In this document: positions 1 to 12,450 of the stretch, piece by piece
Layout of the letters: the number at the start of each line of letters is the position of its first letter
How positions within the stretch are numbered: the stretch's first letter is position 1
Source of the DNA: Octopus vulgaris
Lineage: Eukaryota
NCBI GenBank assembly: GCA_951406725.2
Contig: OX597818.1
Span: 38,130,001 to 38,194,000, forward strand
Reading direction: 5' to 3'
DNA length: 64,000 nt
Notes under the pieces: model-generated
What the model saw: the letters and a program-made list of their open reading frames with translations, nothing else
Told to the model about the DNA's origin: nothing
Database searches by the model: none
Position numbers and translations under genes: made by a program

Positions 1-19
1 AAATTTTTGTTTTTCTATA

Positions 20-790
20 AGTTTACTTAAAGGCCTTTCATTGCCAAATTCTGCTTCCATGTCTGGAATTTCTGCTTGAATCCTTCTACAGATTCTGTTG
101 TGAGAGCTATGCTGTTGGCAGCATTCAGGAGTTTCCAAGGACAGCCAATCTTAAATTTTTTGTTACAGCTTGAAGGATTATAAATTAACAGGAGGAACTG
201 AGAACTGAATCCTAGTAGACCCCTACCTGCACACCACATTCATTACTGAACACATTGCTAATAGCATCTCGGTATATGACATGTATATCCTTCACAAGTC
301 CTTCATCTACTCCTAGTTTCCTCAGTGGCCACCAGATCACAGAGTAAAGGATTTCATCAAAGGTTTTGTCCAAATCAACAAAAGCTGGGTGTAGGGGCTT
401 ACTCCAAGATCTGTTCCCTTAGCTTGCAGATGTCTTACTTGGAATATGGTATTAGCAGTATCTCTTTCTGGAACACAGCCAAACTGTATCCTATCCAGGT
501 TAATTTTGTTCCTAATCATTTTCCCAATAACCCTTAACAAAACATTTGTAACTGTACCCAAAAGTATGATACCACTGTAATTTCCTCTCTCTAATGCATC
601 ACCTATGTCCTTGTAGCAGTTTACAATGATACTGTAGCATCACTCACTGAGATTGAGCCCTACCTATTTTACCTGATTTACTTCTTGAGAGGCTAACCAG
701 TACCAAACTTCACAGGTGTTTTAAGCATCTCAGCAATTATCCTTAATGGACCAGTTGTTTTCCCTACCTTCATATTCTTAATACCCCTAT
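20..790 (-). mobile_element. Degenerate RTE-clade LINE, reverse transcriptase fragment
   Basis: ORFs 337-561 (LDRIQFGCVPERDTANTIFQVRHLQAK, like QFGFxPGRxTxDAIFxxRQLQEK) and 27-239 (GCPWKLLNAA, like PWELLYADD); frameshifted. Confidence 0.8.
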
Positions 791-834
791 CTTCTATACA
801 ACTGTCAACTGTCATTTGAACTGAGAGATAGAGG

Positions 835-3800
835 TCTACCTTTGTGAAAGAAGTGCTTGATATGACAATATTAGACTCTGTCTCTGTTCATATAATTGCC
901 AAAAAAAAAAACACTTGTTATAAGTATTTCTAGATACACTGAGTAATAGAGATAAGTTTGACAAAAGTTTCTGTTTTAGTACTGGAATGGTAATAAAGTG
1001 GGCAAGTTTTATCTCATTATAGGAAACACCAGTTTATACATTATAGGAACTGATTCACTTCTTTTAAACCTTAGATCTATGAAAACTGGCGGAATGGACT
1101 TTAAAAATGACTACAGTAGAATTTTGGGTAAATCTGTTAAACTAAAAATCACATTGTCAAGTCACTATAGTATTTCTTTAACTAACATGCTGTTATAAGA
1201 TTGCAGTATTCCAAACATTATGTTACAAGTTAAAATTCTAAATAAACATGCCAGTGCAAAGAAGAAAAAGCCTGAAAAATTCCACTGAGGTTTGCTCATG
1301 CTTCAAAGGAAAAACTAGAGTTTTTATATTGAAAGAGTAGAAGATTAAAGGATGATGAATCTCTAGAACCAAAGAAATCTGCATCTCTTGTTAAATTTAT
1401 TTTATGTTTAGAAGATGTTCATGGAGGCCCATGGAGGGATTGCTTCTTACAAATAAGTTGAGTGACACAGTGTGCACTGATCTGAAGGAACACACTTACA
1501 AGAAGTCCTGGATTCTTAATTTTAGTGGTGCCACTATTAGATACTCTGCTGTCAGATTATTGAAAACCAAGAAAATTGAAGAAATCATTAGGAATATACC
1601 TTTGATGTTGTTATCTTATTTTGAAACTGCCAGTCAATTTTAAAGCAAAAATAGAGGAGAATTTAACACACAAAAAGGATCTTTATTCTCTTTTCCTGAT
1701 ATAATATTCAACCATTGACAGTATTTTCTTTTTGCTTTTGGTTATGTGTCATAGATTTTTCCCCCCTTTTCTATTCATTGCATCCATTAATTTTATATTT
1801 CACTCTTTTATTCTAGCCTGCTCCTATTAGTCCTATCTTTAAATCAACATTTTTCTGATTCAAGACTCTAGTTTTTCTCAGTAAATAGATCTTCACACTT
1901 TTCCTTTACTATAGATGTATTTTCCACATTTCTTTTTAAGTTCCCTAATCATAATTTCCTTGTCAAAGTCCTTTTTGATTTTGAACACCACCATTTAACA
2001 CAGGCATTTTCAGTAAAATGCATCTCCATGTCTAATTGATACAGCTTTCACTATTCAACACTCTGGCAGGATTTTATCATCTTTTGAAGTTTTGGTTACA
2101 ATAACATATTTGGTCAGCAGCAGCATGGTTTTCATCAGCATAACTTCTCACTTTAAAATTCAGCGCTCTTCTTAATCTCCTCACTAGTCTGTCTTCCATG
2201 AAACTCTGTATGAAATTTAGTTTAATCACGATACCAGTTGTCATGGTTAGAAGCAGAAGCAATGCAGAAAACATTAGAAAATGTGAAGTATGAGTCAGAG
2301 ATAGTCTTGGCATGGGCAATTAGTGCAAAAATGCACTCCTGAATTACTTAGAACATAGTCCAAATGAACACACTCATAATTCTGGGAGACTGGTTACCTG
2401 CTCTGGAATTCACAACAATCAGTGATTTTCATACTGAAAGAAAGAATTTCATGGAAGCTGAGGCCAGTGAGAAAAATGAGGAGAGCACTGATGTCTAAAG
2501 CAAGGAGTTATGGTGATGAAGATTTTGTTACTGGTGACCAAATTTATTATAAAACCTATAAAGAATGGCATGGTCCTGTAAATGGATTGGTCAAAGAACA
2601 TTCGATTAATTAATTATGGAGGAGTACTTTGCAGAATGTGTCCATGTCAAATGATGGTGTACATGAACAAAAAGGATTCTGGCAAGGAAGTTGTGATGGA
2701 AGAACCTAAAAGAAGCATGAAAAATACAACTGCAGTGAATGAGGAAGAATGTGAAAAATATATCTTTTCTCGTTAGTCAGTTCTGAATCAGAACAAAGTT
2801 GATTTGAAAGATAAGACTGAATAACCAGGTAGAAATATAAAATGAATGTGTGTAAGAAATGGAAAAGAGAAAATAAACTATGGCAACACACCCAAAGGCA
2901 AAAGTGAAATAGTAACTGGTTGAATATAATACCAAGAAAAGAAAAAGATTCTCTGTGTGTTAACTTGAAACATGTGCATCAATGAGGAGTGGTAACTCAG
3001 AAAACTGTTCAAGTAGAGAAGCATGAGAAAAGAAGCTGGTGCTATGCAAAAGGAATGAGATATGAGGAATCACGATATATATGATGTACATGAATGTGTA
3101 AGAAAACTACATTAACACAGTGGGTAATTGCTGAAAAACACAAAGATAATAATAAGGGGCTGATGAAGTCCCATCTTGTTGCACATGGTTATGAGGAAGA
3201 GTCAAGTGATCTGAAAGCCGACTCTCCAACATGCAACTGTGAAGTCATGCAGTTGATAATGTTAACTGCATGTTATGAATAGGCAGGTGCAGACTCTTGA
3301 TTTCACCTCAGAATTTTTGCTAAGTGATAATGCTAAAGAGAGAATTGTTCCTTCAGTTAATTTCTGATGTGTGTTTGAAGTCACAGATGTAGAAACTGAA
3401 GAGATGCACCTGTAGGTTGAATGATGCAGTTTGGTCATGGTATAAGAAAGTCACTCAAGATTAGACTGAACCAGGAAGAATAGTAAATGCTTAATGGCAA
3501 TGATTTATTTCTCTGGCATTATTACTAGTAGAAAACTGATGGATTTTCTGGCAATGTATATTGATGATTTTGTGTTCTGTAGAAATGAAGTATTTGAGAA
3601 GAATGTTATTGCAGTATTGAAAAAGAAATTTAACCCTTTAGCATTTAGATTTCTCTAACAATTGTAATGCTTATTTATTGAATTAATCATGTATTATCAT
3701 GTAGCTTTGAGATTTTGATAATGTGATTGCTTATTTTTAGAATAAAATAACAGCATAGGTGTGCTAATTTGAACATAATCCAGATACAGCCAAATAGAAT

Positions 3801-3945
3801 GCTAAAGGGTTAATGTAAAATCTAATAAGAGTCGAAACTCAAGCATTTGAATGTTAATCATTCCAAGAAAACTGTAAACCAAGAAATACATATATTCATA
3901 TCTCCTATAGAAATAAAGAAAAGATCATGACAAATGACAGACAAA
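835..3945 (+). mobile_element. Decayed Ty1/Copia-like LTR retrotransposon pol (PR-INT-RT order), no LTRs recognised
   Basis: Protease-like EVLDMTILDS (~850); KFH*GFAHAS (~1270); integrase DTVCTDLKE..TIRYS..RGEF (1460-1665) and LAWAISAKxAL (~2305); RT WVIAEK..KSHLVAHGYEE..DSPTC (3094-3282) and MYIDD (~3553). Many stops and frameshifts. Confidence 0.8.
3634..3809. mobile_element. piggyBac-like MITE inserted in the Copia RT
   Basis: 12-bp TIR CCCTTTAGCATT/AATGCTAAAGGG flanked by TTAA at 3630-3633 and 3810-3813. Confidence 0.8.
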
Positions 3946-4232
3946 GTGACAGACAAGAGAGGGCCATTGATGCCTTACTTTCACCAGTAACATTATACAG
4001 TGAAGGGAAAAAATGAATGAGAGATAGATGGAAGTGCTTTTGGTTTTCCAAACCTTATATGTACAAGTTTCTTTCATCTGGTGGGTAGGACAATATGGTT
4101 GCAAAGTAGGCGTGGTATAATAATTGATTTTTGTGGCCTACAAAGAAATATATTTATGGACAATTTAATTGAAAAGGTGAAAATAATTAGCTTCTGGAGA
4201 AAAAAAGTAATAGACTAAAGAGGAGGAAACAT

Positions 4233-4457
4233 TCAACTGTTTAGCATTTAAACCAGCCATATTTGACCCAAATATTCTACCTTGTTTTATGTTTAGACAG
4301 GCCAGATTTGGCCTTTCACACATACCCTACTATGTTATTCTGATAATAAACCACCATTGAAATCTTGAAGCTATGAGATAATGCAGGATTATTTCAAAAC
4401 AATGTGAATAAATAAGCATTAAATTTGACAGAGCAATCTGAATGTTACAGAGTTAAG
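4233..4457. mobile_element. piggyBac-like MITE, older copy in opposite orientation to 3634
   Basis: Internal sequence (gaataaataagcatt, gaagctatgagataatgc) is the reverse complement of the 3634 copy; degenerate termini. Confidence 0.6.
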
Positions 4458-4752
4458 AGATAATACTGGAAAGGAAAATGAGGATAAAGCTATTGTTCTG
4501 GTAGAACTGATGACATTAGTGTTATTGAATTCAGGTTAAGTGGTTTAAGTTTAAGTTAGATCTATTCAATGTAAGCAATTAGTCAGTTACTCTGGTTGAT
4601 TTTTGTCATTGTTTGCATTTATTCATTCATGAAATATAAACACAGGTAACCAGAGATTGGATTTCTATAGCAGCACAGGTTGATTACAAGCCAAATTTAG
4701 TGGTTGAAAGTTAGCATTCAAACATATCTCCAACTAAGTAAAAATGTTAATG

Positions 4753-4984
4753 TTTAACTCTTTAAGCATTTAAACTGGCCGCATCCAGCCCAAATATTCA
4801 ATTGGTTTTATGTTTGAACCAGCCAGTTCTGACCTCTCACACCTATCCTACAATGTCATTCTAAAATTATACAATAACATCATTGAAATTTCAAAGCTGC
4901 AAGATGATACAGGATTAATCCATAAAACAATGTGAATAAATAAGCATTACATGTGACAGAATAATCTGAATACTAAAGTATTAG
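4753..4984. mobile_element. piggyBac-like MITE, third copy
   Basis: Colinear with 4233-4457 over its length. Confidence 0.6.
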
Positions 4985-5589
4985 TTTTCTAGATAAAGAA
5001 GGATGTTACTCTTTGGTATTTGTATAAATTTTTCATTGATAGTGGATGAACATATACATATGTCAGTGTTTTGTTTCAAATTTCGTACACAATCTCAGAA
5101 GTTAGTATACATACATTTCCCTACATACATAAATAAACACGCACACAAATATCATATTTGATGACACATGACACACATTTTTTTAAAAAATAAAATGTCT
5201 CAAAAATATTATCCCAGGTCCTTTTTGTGAAAATGAGCACATATTACATGCTTTAATGCACTAAAAAAATTTTTACCTGTATATGTGTTGTTGAAATTGG
5301 AGTGCAAATAATAAGCTTATGCATCTTTTATGCTGTTAATTACAGTAATTAAACTTCAACATACAAATATTTACATATACATATATGTTTAAATGTGTGT
5401 ATATAAATATAGGCATACATACATAAATAAATACAAACATACAGAGAAGAGTACTTATATAGACATGCATACATGTTTACACAAACATATATATGAATAT
5501 CAATATATACATACATTTCAATACATACATACATTTCAATACAGGTTGGGCTCCAAGTAACTGGGGTTAATATAAATTTTTTTAATACC

Positions 5590-5765
5590 TTTAATATCAG
5601 TTTCAAATTTTGGCACAAGGCCAGTAACTCCAGGAAGTGAGTAAGTCAATTGCATTGACCCCAGTGCTCAACTGGTACTTATTTTATTGACCCTGAAAGG
5701 ATTAAAGGCAACTGACCCTTAGCTATATATGAACTCAGAATGTAAAGTGAGAAGAAATGTTGCTA
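5590..5765 (-). mobile_element. SINE family B fragment
   Basis: actggtacttatttt..gaccctgaaaggattaaaggcaa core shared with intact copies at 44797 and 46611. Confidence 0.65.
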
Positions 5766-6172
5766 GGCACAGGAGTGACTGTGTGGTAAGTAGCTTGCTT
5801 ACCAGCCACATGGTTCTGGGTTCAGTCCCACTGTGTGGCACCTTGGCCAAGTGTCTTCTACTATAGCCTCGGGCCGACCAAAGCCTTGTGAGTGGATTTG
5901 GTAGACGGAAACTGAAAGAAGCCCGTCGTGTATATGTATATATACGTGTGTGTGCGTATATGTATGTGTGTCTGTGTTTGTCCACCCAGCATCGCTTGAC
6001 AACCAATGCTTGTGTGTTTACGTCCCCGTAACTTAGTGGTTCGGTAAAAGAGACCGATAGAATATGTACTAGGCTTACACAGAATAAGTCCTGGGGTCGA
6101 TTTGCTCAACTAAAGGCGGTGCTCCAGCATGGCCACAGTCAGATGACTGAAACAACTAAAAGAGTAAAAGAG
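5765..6172 (+). mobile_element. tRNA-derived SINE family A, full length
   Basis: Box A/B-like head (tggtaagtag..ggttcagtcc), internal (TG)n, aaagagta tail; matches 25711 and 52081. Confidence 0.85.
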
Positions 6173-6224
6173 TGAACATTTTATCCATTAATTCTGCCAG
6201 TTCATCACCTATTGATACCTTTAG

Positions 6225-6402
6225 TATTAGTTTCAAATTTTGGCACAGGGCCATTGAGTTTGAGGGTGGAGGCAAGTTAATTACATCACCCCAAGTGCTC
6301 AGTTGGTACTTATTTTATTGGCCTTCAAGGATGAAAGGTAAAGTCAACCCCAGCAGAATTTGAACTCAGATGGTAAGGACAGGTGAAATGCTGCTAAGCA
6401 TC
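6225..6402 (-). mobile_element. SINE family B fragment
   Basis: aaggatgaaaggtaaagtcaacc..gaatttgaactcaga core. Confidence 0.65.
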
Positions 6403-6569
6403 TGTGAACAACCTGCACAGATAATTTGTTTATAGTGATCAAATGTTTATGCTGTACATTAGCTAACAGTTGCCCTCAAATTGACATTGTTAGTACAGGT
6501 GCATGATGTGCCGTGCATCAGATGTCAAAGTGATCACATTCACACACACACACACACACATAATTATAT

Positions 6570-7125
6570 ACATCAAAATCAAATTTGATGACTGGTATCC
6601 GTGCTAGTGGGATGCTAAGAGCACCATCAGAGCTTGATCGTTGATAGAGCGGCTAACTAGTTTCCGTGCCGGTGGCACGTAAAAGGCACCATTTGAGCAT
6701 GATCGTTACAAGCATCGCCTTACTGGCACTTGTGCCCCATGCTAGTGGGATGCTAAGAGCACCATTCGAGCGTGATCGTTGCCAGAGTGGCTAACTGGCT
6801 TCCGTGCTGGTGGCACGTAAAAGGGCACCATTCGAGCTTGATCATTACCAGTGTCGCCTTACTGGCACTTGTGCCGGTGGTATGTGAAAAAACATTTGAG
6901 TGAGGTCGTTGCCAGCACCACCTAACTGACCCCCGTGCTGGTGGCATGTAAAAGCACCCAGTACACTCTCGAAGTGGTTGGCGTTAGGAAGGGCATCCAG
7001 CTGTAGAAACTCTGCCAGATCAAGATTGGAGCCTGGTGCAGCCATCTGGTTCACCAGTCCTCAGTCAAATTGTCCAACCCATGCTAGCATGGAAAGCGGT
7101 CGTTAAATGATGATGATGATGATGA
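6570..7125 (+). mobile_element. 5'-truncated RTE LINE 3' UTR (family E) with internal tandem array and (GAT)n tail
   Basis: Repeated ggtggcacgtaaaa(g)gcacc units, gttggcgttaggaagggcatcc, catgctagcatggaaagcgg..gatgatgat tail. Confidence 0.75.
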
Positions 7126-7434
7126 TACATGCATGCATTCATAAAATGCAGTTGTGTAGGTTGAGATGAGTATAAGGTAAAAATACGATTAGTAAATAAC
7201 AAGGACAACAACCAATTAATTTAATTATTCCATTCTTTACCTACATTTCAGTAATACTTCATTGTTAAGAATTACGCATTTAGTTATCTAAGAGTCACCT
7301 GTAACAAGGATGAAAGGTCTGTAACACTGGCGGGGTGCAGTTCTCATCCCTTACATTAAATTATTTATCAAAGGAAAAGCCAAGACTTCGAATATCTTCT
7401 AACAGCATAAATGTTTCTTATTTCCTGGATTCGC

Positions 7435-7474
<40 letters not shown>

Positions 7475-8261
7475 TCCTTCAGGGCAAATCGGTAGCCTAG
7501 GAGCTAGTCACTGTAATTAAGTGGTGTGAACCAAATCCTGTCTCGTTCCAGCATAGTGTAGCATTGCCATGTGGTGGCAGCTTGGGAGAGCTGTGAGAAT
7601 GCGTCTGTTCTATTCGACTGTCAGCTTCGAGAGAGATTGATACACGGGAAGTTTTGCTGCTGCTTGTTCTCTGCGCATGAGGGAACTTCCAGCAGCCTCC
7701 CAGAAGAAATCCAACTCTGCGCATGTGCACTGAAGACTTATAAAATGGCATCACTACACACCAAAGCTATCACTTCAGAAGACAAATGCTGAAACTAATA
7801 GAAAGACAATCTACAACTAAGAGTTATTTAATCATCCACAGTAGTATAAGGAAACGGAAATGCAGTACCAAAAGCATAAATTCTATCAGCTAAATAAAGA
7901 TGTGCAAAACATCACAGACGACTGACAGCAACAAAACCAAAGTTACTATTGCCAAACATAGAGATAAATTAATTTATGATGATGCTAAAACTTTTGAATG
8001 CAGTTGAGCAATGGATATTAGGATATTAAGAGGCATAAAACATCACAGAAATACAATCAGGTATCAGATCTTAAAACACCCAGCATTAAAATTAACATTT
8101 CACAGAATATAAAGAGAAATCTAGTCTAGACTTTATATAAATATTTACTAATATAAAAACATGTTTGCAATATACTTGCTCAAACACCTACCCACAGATA
8201 AATATTTTTTTCTTTCCCTCACATATACAAATACATACACACAAACACACTTGATATATAT

Positions 8262-8550
8262 GTGGAGGCACATGGCCTAGTGGTTAGAGCAATGGACTCG
8301 CTGTCGAGGGATCGCAGGTTCGAATCTCAGACCAGGCGATGTGTGTGTTTATGAGCAAAACCCCTAAGCACCACGCAGCTCCGGCAGAAGGTAATGGCAA
8401 ACTTCTGCTGACTCTTTCGCCACAACTTTCTCTCACTCTTTCCTCCTGCATCTTGCAGACCGGCATCCCATCCAGGTGGGGAACCTATACACCAAGGAAA
8501 CCGGGAAACAGACCCTTATGGCTTGAGAAGGAACCAACAAACAAACAACT
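8262..8550 (+). mobile_element. tRNA-derived SINE, head type C
   Basis: gtggaggcacatggcctagtggttagagc..ggttcgaatc boxes; (CAAA)n tail. Confidence 0.75.
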
Positions 8551-8588
<38 letters not shown>

Positions 8589-8727
8589 TAGCTTAAAAGC
8601 CACACTCCTTGCAGAGGGCTAATTAGGCCTGTGGCCCAAAACTAAAGAGAGCTAAATAGCATGACAACAATACATCTATAATGACTATATATGCCCTGGT
8701 GATGTTTGATCAGAGGTTAAGAACAGA

Positions 8728-8912
8728 TCATCATCATCGTTTAACATCCGTTTTCCATGCTAGCATGGGTTGGACGAATCGACAGGGGTCTGGGAAGCCA
8801 GGAGGCTGCGCCAGGCACCAGTCTGATCTGGCAGTGTTTCTACAACTGGATGCCTTTCCTAATGCCAACCACTCCATGAGTGTAGTGGGTGCTTTTTACG
8901 TGCCACCAGCAC
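8728..8912 (-). mobile_element. RTE 3' end (family E), short
   Basis: catcatcatcgtttaacatccgttttccatgctagcatggg. Confidence 0.75.
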
Positions 8913-9289
8913 ATGTGAATTAATTTTGTAATGCAGTCATTCTATTGTTCCAGTCCTAATTTGAATTCCAACTGTTGGCCAATTTGTCCCAAAGTCTTTA
9001 TCACAATGTAAAATTAATGAAGCTAATGTTATTTATCTCCCCCTTGATCTCTGACATCAGCTGACAAACGCCAAACAAGATGGTGTGAATCAGCCAAGCT
9101 TTACCTGCTAGAAATAGCAACCCAAATGCTTTTAAATAAGATCCCAATGCTGGATGTTCAAGAACCAAATGAAAGGCAGATTTTCAATCCCAGAATCATC
9201 CTGATTCCAAAAAGGTAAAATATGTCTACGCAGAGCAAATGTAGACTTAGATACAGGGATCGCAGACAGACAGAATTTCACTTTTATTA

Positions 9290-9510
9290 CTAAGCTGGCA
9301 GAATTGTTTAGCACACTGGGCGAAACGTTTATCGGTATTTTGTCTGTCTTTACATTCTGAGTTCAAATTCGGTCAGGGTTGACTTTGCCTTTCATCCTTT
9401 CGAGGTTAATAAAATAAGTACCAGTCAAGCACTGAGGTTGATGTAATCAACTAATCCCCTCCCCCGAAATTTCAGGCCTTGTACTTATAATAGAAAGGAT
9501 TATTATTATT
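9290..9510 (+). mobile_element. SINE family B
   Basis: gctggcagaa..gagttcaaattc..gcctttcatcctttcgagg; (TTA)n tail. Confidence 0.75.
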
Positions 9511-9831
9511 ATATATGTATGTATGTATTTTAAATGATTGATACAGAAGACAGAGTATACTGGAAACTTTATTAAGTAAAACAATGTGCTTAATAAAGTG
9601 TCCAGTACACTCTGTCTTTGTAATCAGTCATTTAAAATATACTAAACGTGCACCAAGGAATTCATGACATAGTTCCTGCAACAAAAGTGCTATACTGCAA
9701 ATAATACCTGGTAACCATAAGTAGTGAACATGCGCTGCAGACACACTACTAGGGACATACCTAAAAGAAGATTTGGATACTATATTTTAAAGTCTCCAAT
9801 CTAAACTTTATTTTTAAATATAACACACACA

Positions 9832-9867
<36 letters not shown>

Positions 9868-10259
9868 CTCTATCTCTGTTTCATTAAATATATGATGATG
9901 TTTTAAGTTTTATCCTTTCTATTTTAGATCTTTCATATTTTTCTCATTAGCTTTTTACAGTTGGTTTGGAATGGCAGAGTTTTTAAAATCCATATCCAAA
10001 TCTTTTAGCCCTTTACAGTTTCATTTTCAAGAATTGAAATGAATATATTTAGCGTTTGTGTTATTGTGCACACAATCATGTTCTCTGCTGATCACTCAGA
10101 TGGTTGCTGTAAGGTCCTGGCCAAACAGATGGTGATATGGTGGTAGAATGGCACAGTAGTTAAGGGACAGGTTTGGAAAGTTTGGAAAAGAAAGTGGAAG
10201 CAGAGAGCATTAGCAAGTAGTCAGAAGGGAAGTTAAGGGAAGAAACAGAAAGGAAGAAA

Positions 10260-11600
10260 TTTCAACATTCTGCAACAAAAGGTGTGAAGCGTTCCAAATT
10301 ACAAAATAGTGCAGAGAAAAACCCAGATGTCACTGAAGAGGAACATATCCAAAATTATGCAGGCACACTTACTCTTAGTGCTGATAACAAGAAAGAAAAA
10401 CGAAAGTGGTATTTTGAGAGGTTGTTGAATGCATGGAATTAGAGAGCTCACTTTATGTTGACTCAAAAACAGAGACCAACAATTCAAGTTCAAAACGGTT
10501 TGGTAAAGTGGTTAAAAAATATGACAGGAGTGAAAGCTACTTGGCCAACAATAGTCACTAAGACGCTCGTAATATCTGGTTTTGTAGGATACATGGTAGT
10601 CACCTGAATAATCAGGTAATACAGGAAAGTGTTAAACCCAATGACTGGCACACCAGTACCATTCTAAACTACTACAAGGGTAAAGAAGATGCATTAGAGC
10701 TGTCAAACTCATGAAACTAAGTCAATAAAATAATATTGCAAAATTCCGGTTTCTTTTGGGTACCCCTTCGTATGCCGGTGATATCACTCTCAGAGCCGAC
10801 TCTATTGAAGAATTTTAGTGAAATTCCAGGCATTGAAGTATAACCTAGAATTGATAAGCCTCAAAGTAGCTAAGACCAAGATATCTGTAGTAGAAAAGAC
10901 AGTAGGATTTCGGTAATGTTAGGGAAATAATCTTTCTTGTATGCAGTAAAGGAGTGAGTAGAAACTCCAGAAGCTGTACCTAGTGTAAGCTATGAACACA
11001 CTAGAGGTGTAGTGAAATAATAGACAAGCTAACACAGAAAGCAGGCTTTGTGGTAGATGCATTAGGTTAATAAGCACAGAGACCACTCAAGAAATAAATT
11101 CTCTAAAATGTCTGGATGATTCACCAAAAAAAATTGATAGCTTCCAGTTACTATGTGATATACTTCACAATGAAAGTGGTTATAACCAAAAGTATAGTAG
11201 TTTAAGTATGAATAGATTAGAAAAACACTATAGTAATACTATTTCTGCTGGCAACAAAAGCCTTTTCCCTCAGAGTGAAGACAGATTGTATGATACTTGT
11301 GTTCTGACTGCAATGCTGCATGGTAGTAAGATACAGACTTTGAATGCTGAAGATCTGTGAAGGCTAGGAAAATATGAAGCAAGCATGTTCCAATGGATGT
11401 GTAACATCAATGTGTATAAACACCAGAGTACAAATGAGTTGAGAGAAAAACTAGTTATATGGGAATTCAGATATAATATGCAAGAGAGAAGGCAGTGTTG
11501 ATATGAGCATATGATGCATATGGAAGATGACTGCTGTGTCATGTGCTTCAAATTAATAACCTCATGGAAGACTCAGAATGAAATGGTGAAAGCTGCATTA
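10260..11600 (+). mobile_element. Degenerate RTE LINE (RT to C-terminal region)
   Basis: YAGD at ~10771 (YADD position); LRVKxRLYDTCVLTAMLHGS..RLGKYEASMFQWMCNI at 11270-11410. Confidence 0.7.
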
Positions 11601-11659
11601 AAGAAGCTATATTTTGCAGAAATGAAAAAGGACCACACTGATTGGTAATATTCAGTGCA

Positions 11660-11785
11660 GCAAGCTGGCAGAAACGTTAGCACATTGAGCAAAATGCTTA
11701 GTGGTATTTCATCTGTCTTTATGCTCTGAGTTCAAATTCTGCTGAGGTCATCTTTGCCTTTCATCCTTTCGGGGTCATCCTTTTG
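11660..11785 (+). mobile_element. SINE family B fragment
   Basis: gctggcagaaacgttagcac..gcctttcatcctttcgggg. Confidence 0.7.
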
Positions 11786-11789
11786 GGGA

Positions 11790-12450
11790 GCAAAAAACAC
11801 TAAAAGTGCACGAGGAACAGATCCTCTCAAATGAGAGCTTCCGTTACCTTGGTGATCTAATTAGCAGTGGAGAAGAACATTCTGAAAGTTTAACAGCCAG
11901 AAGAAGAACAGGCTGGAGAAAGTTCAAGGAACTATTACTTCTGTTGGTAACAAAAAATGGTTTCTCTCTCAAAGTGAAAAGTAGACTGCATGATCTGATG
12001 TACAAAATGCAATGCTACAAAGTAATAAGATGAGGGCAATGAATGCAGAGGAGCTGAAAAGACTAGAAAGGAATGAAGCAAGCATACTCTACTTAATGTA
12101 TAATGTCGGTATACATAAATGACAAAGTATAAATGTGCTGAGAGAAAAACTTGATATCAAAGGAACCTTATGCAGTGAAGCTTATATGTTGCGTGAAAAT
12201 AAGAAAACTGCATTGGTAGGGGCATGTGATGTATACAGATCAGGACAGCTGTATAAGATGCCAACTGCTTACAGTGGATGGAACCTGTGGAAAAGGGGAA
12301 ACCCAGGAAGATGCAGGACTAAGTAATGAAGACTGATCTCTGGATGTCAAGGAGATAATGACAAGGCACTGAGATGATTGGTGAAATACAGTACTCATTT
12401 ATGCAAGCATAGCAAAATTGATGTTAAAATGGTGGTAGTGATGATGTTAA
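11790..12450 (+). mobile_element. RTE LINE 3' portion
   Basis: ESFRYLGDLISS..RRRTGWRKFKELL..LKVKSRLHD (ORF 11806); ends atgcaagcatag..gatgttaaaatggtggtagtgatgatg like the family E tail. Confidence 0.8.

Noticed and set aside
9708-9760. 53-nt minus-strand segment bounded by AG and GT, considered as P3H/CRTAP exon 2
   Set aside because: The phase-0 reading hits TAG at codon 4 and no frame resembles leprecan exon 2; could only be a cryptic exon.
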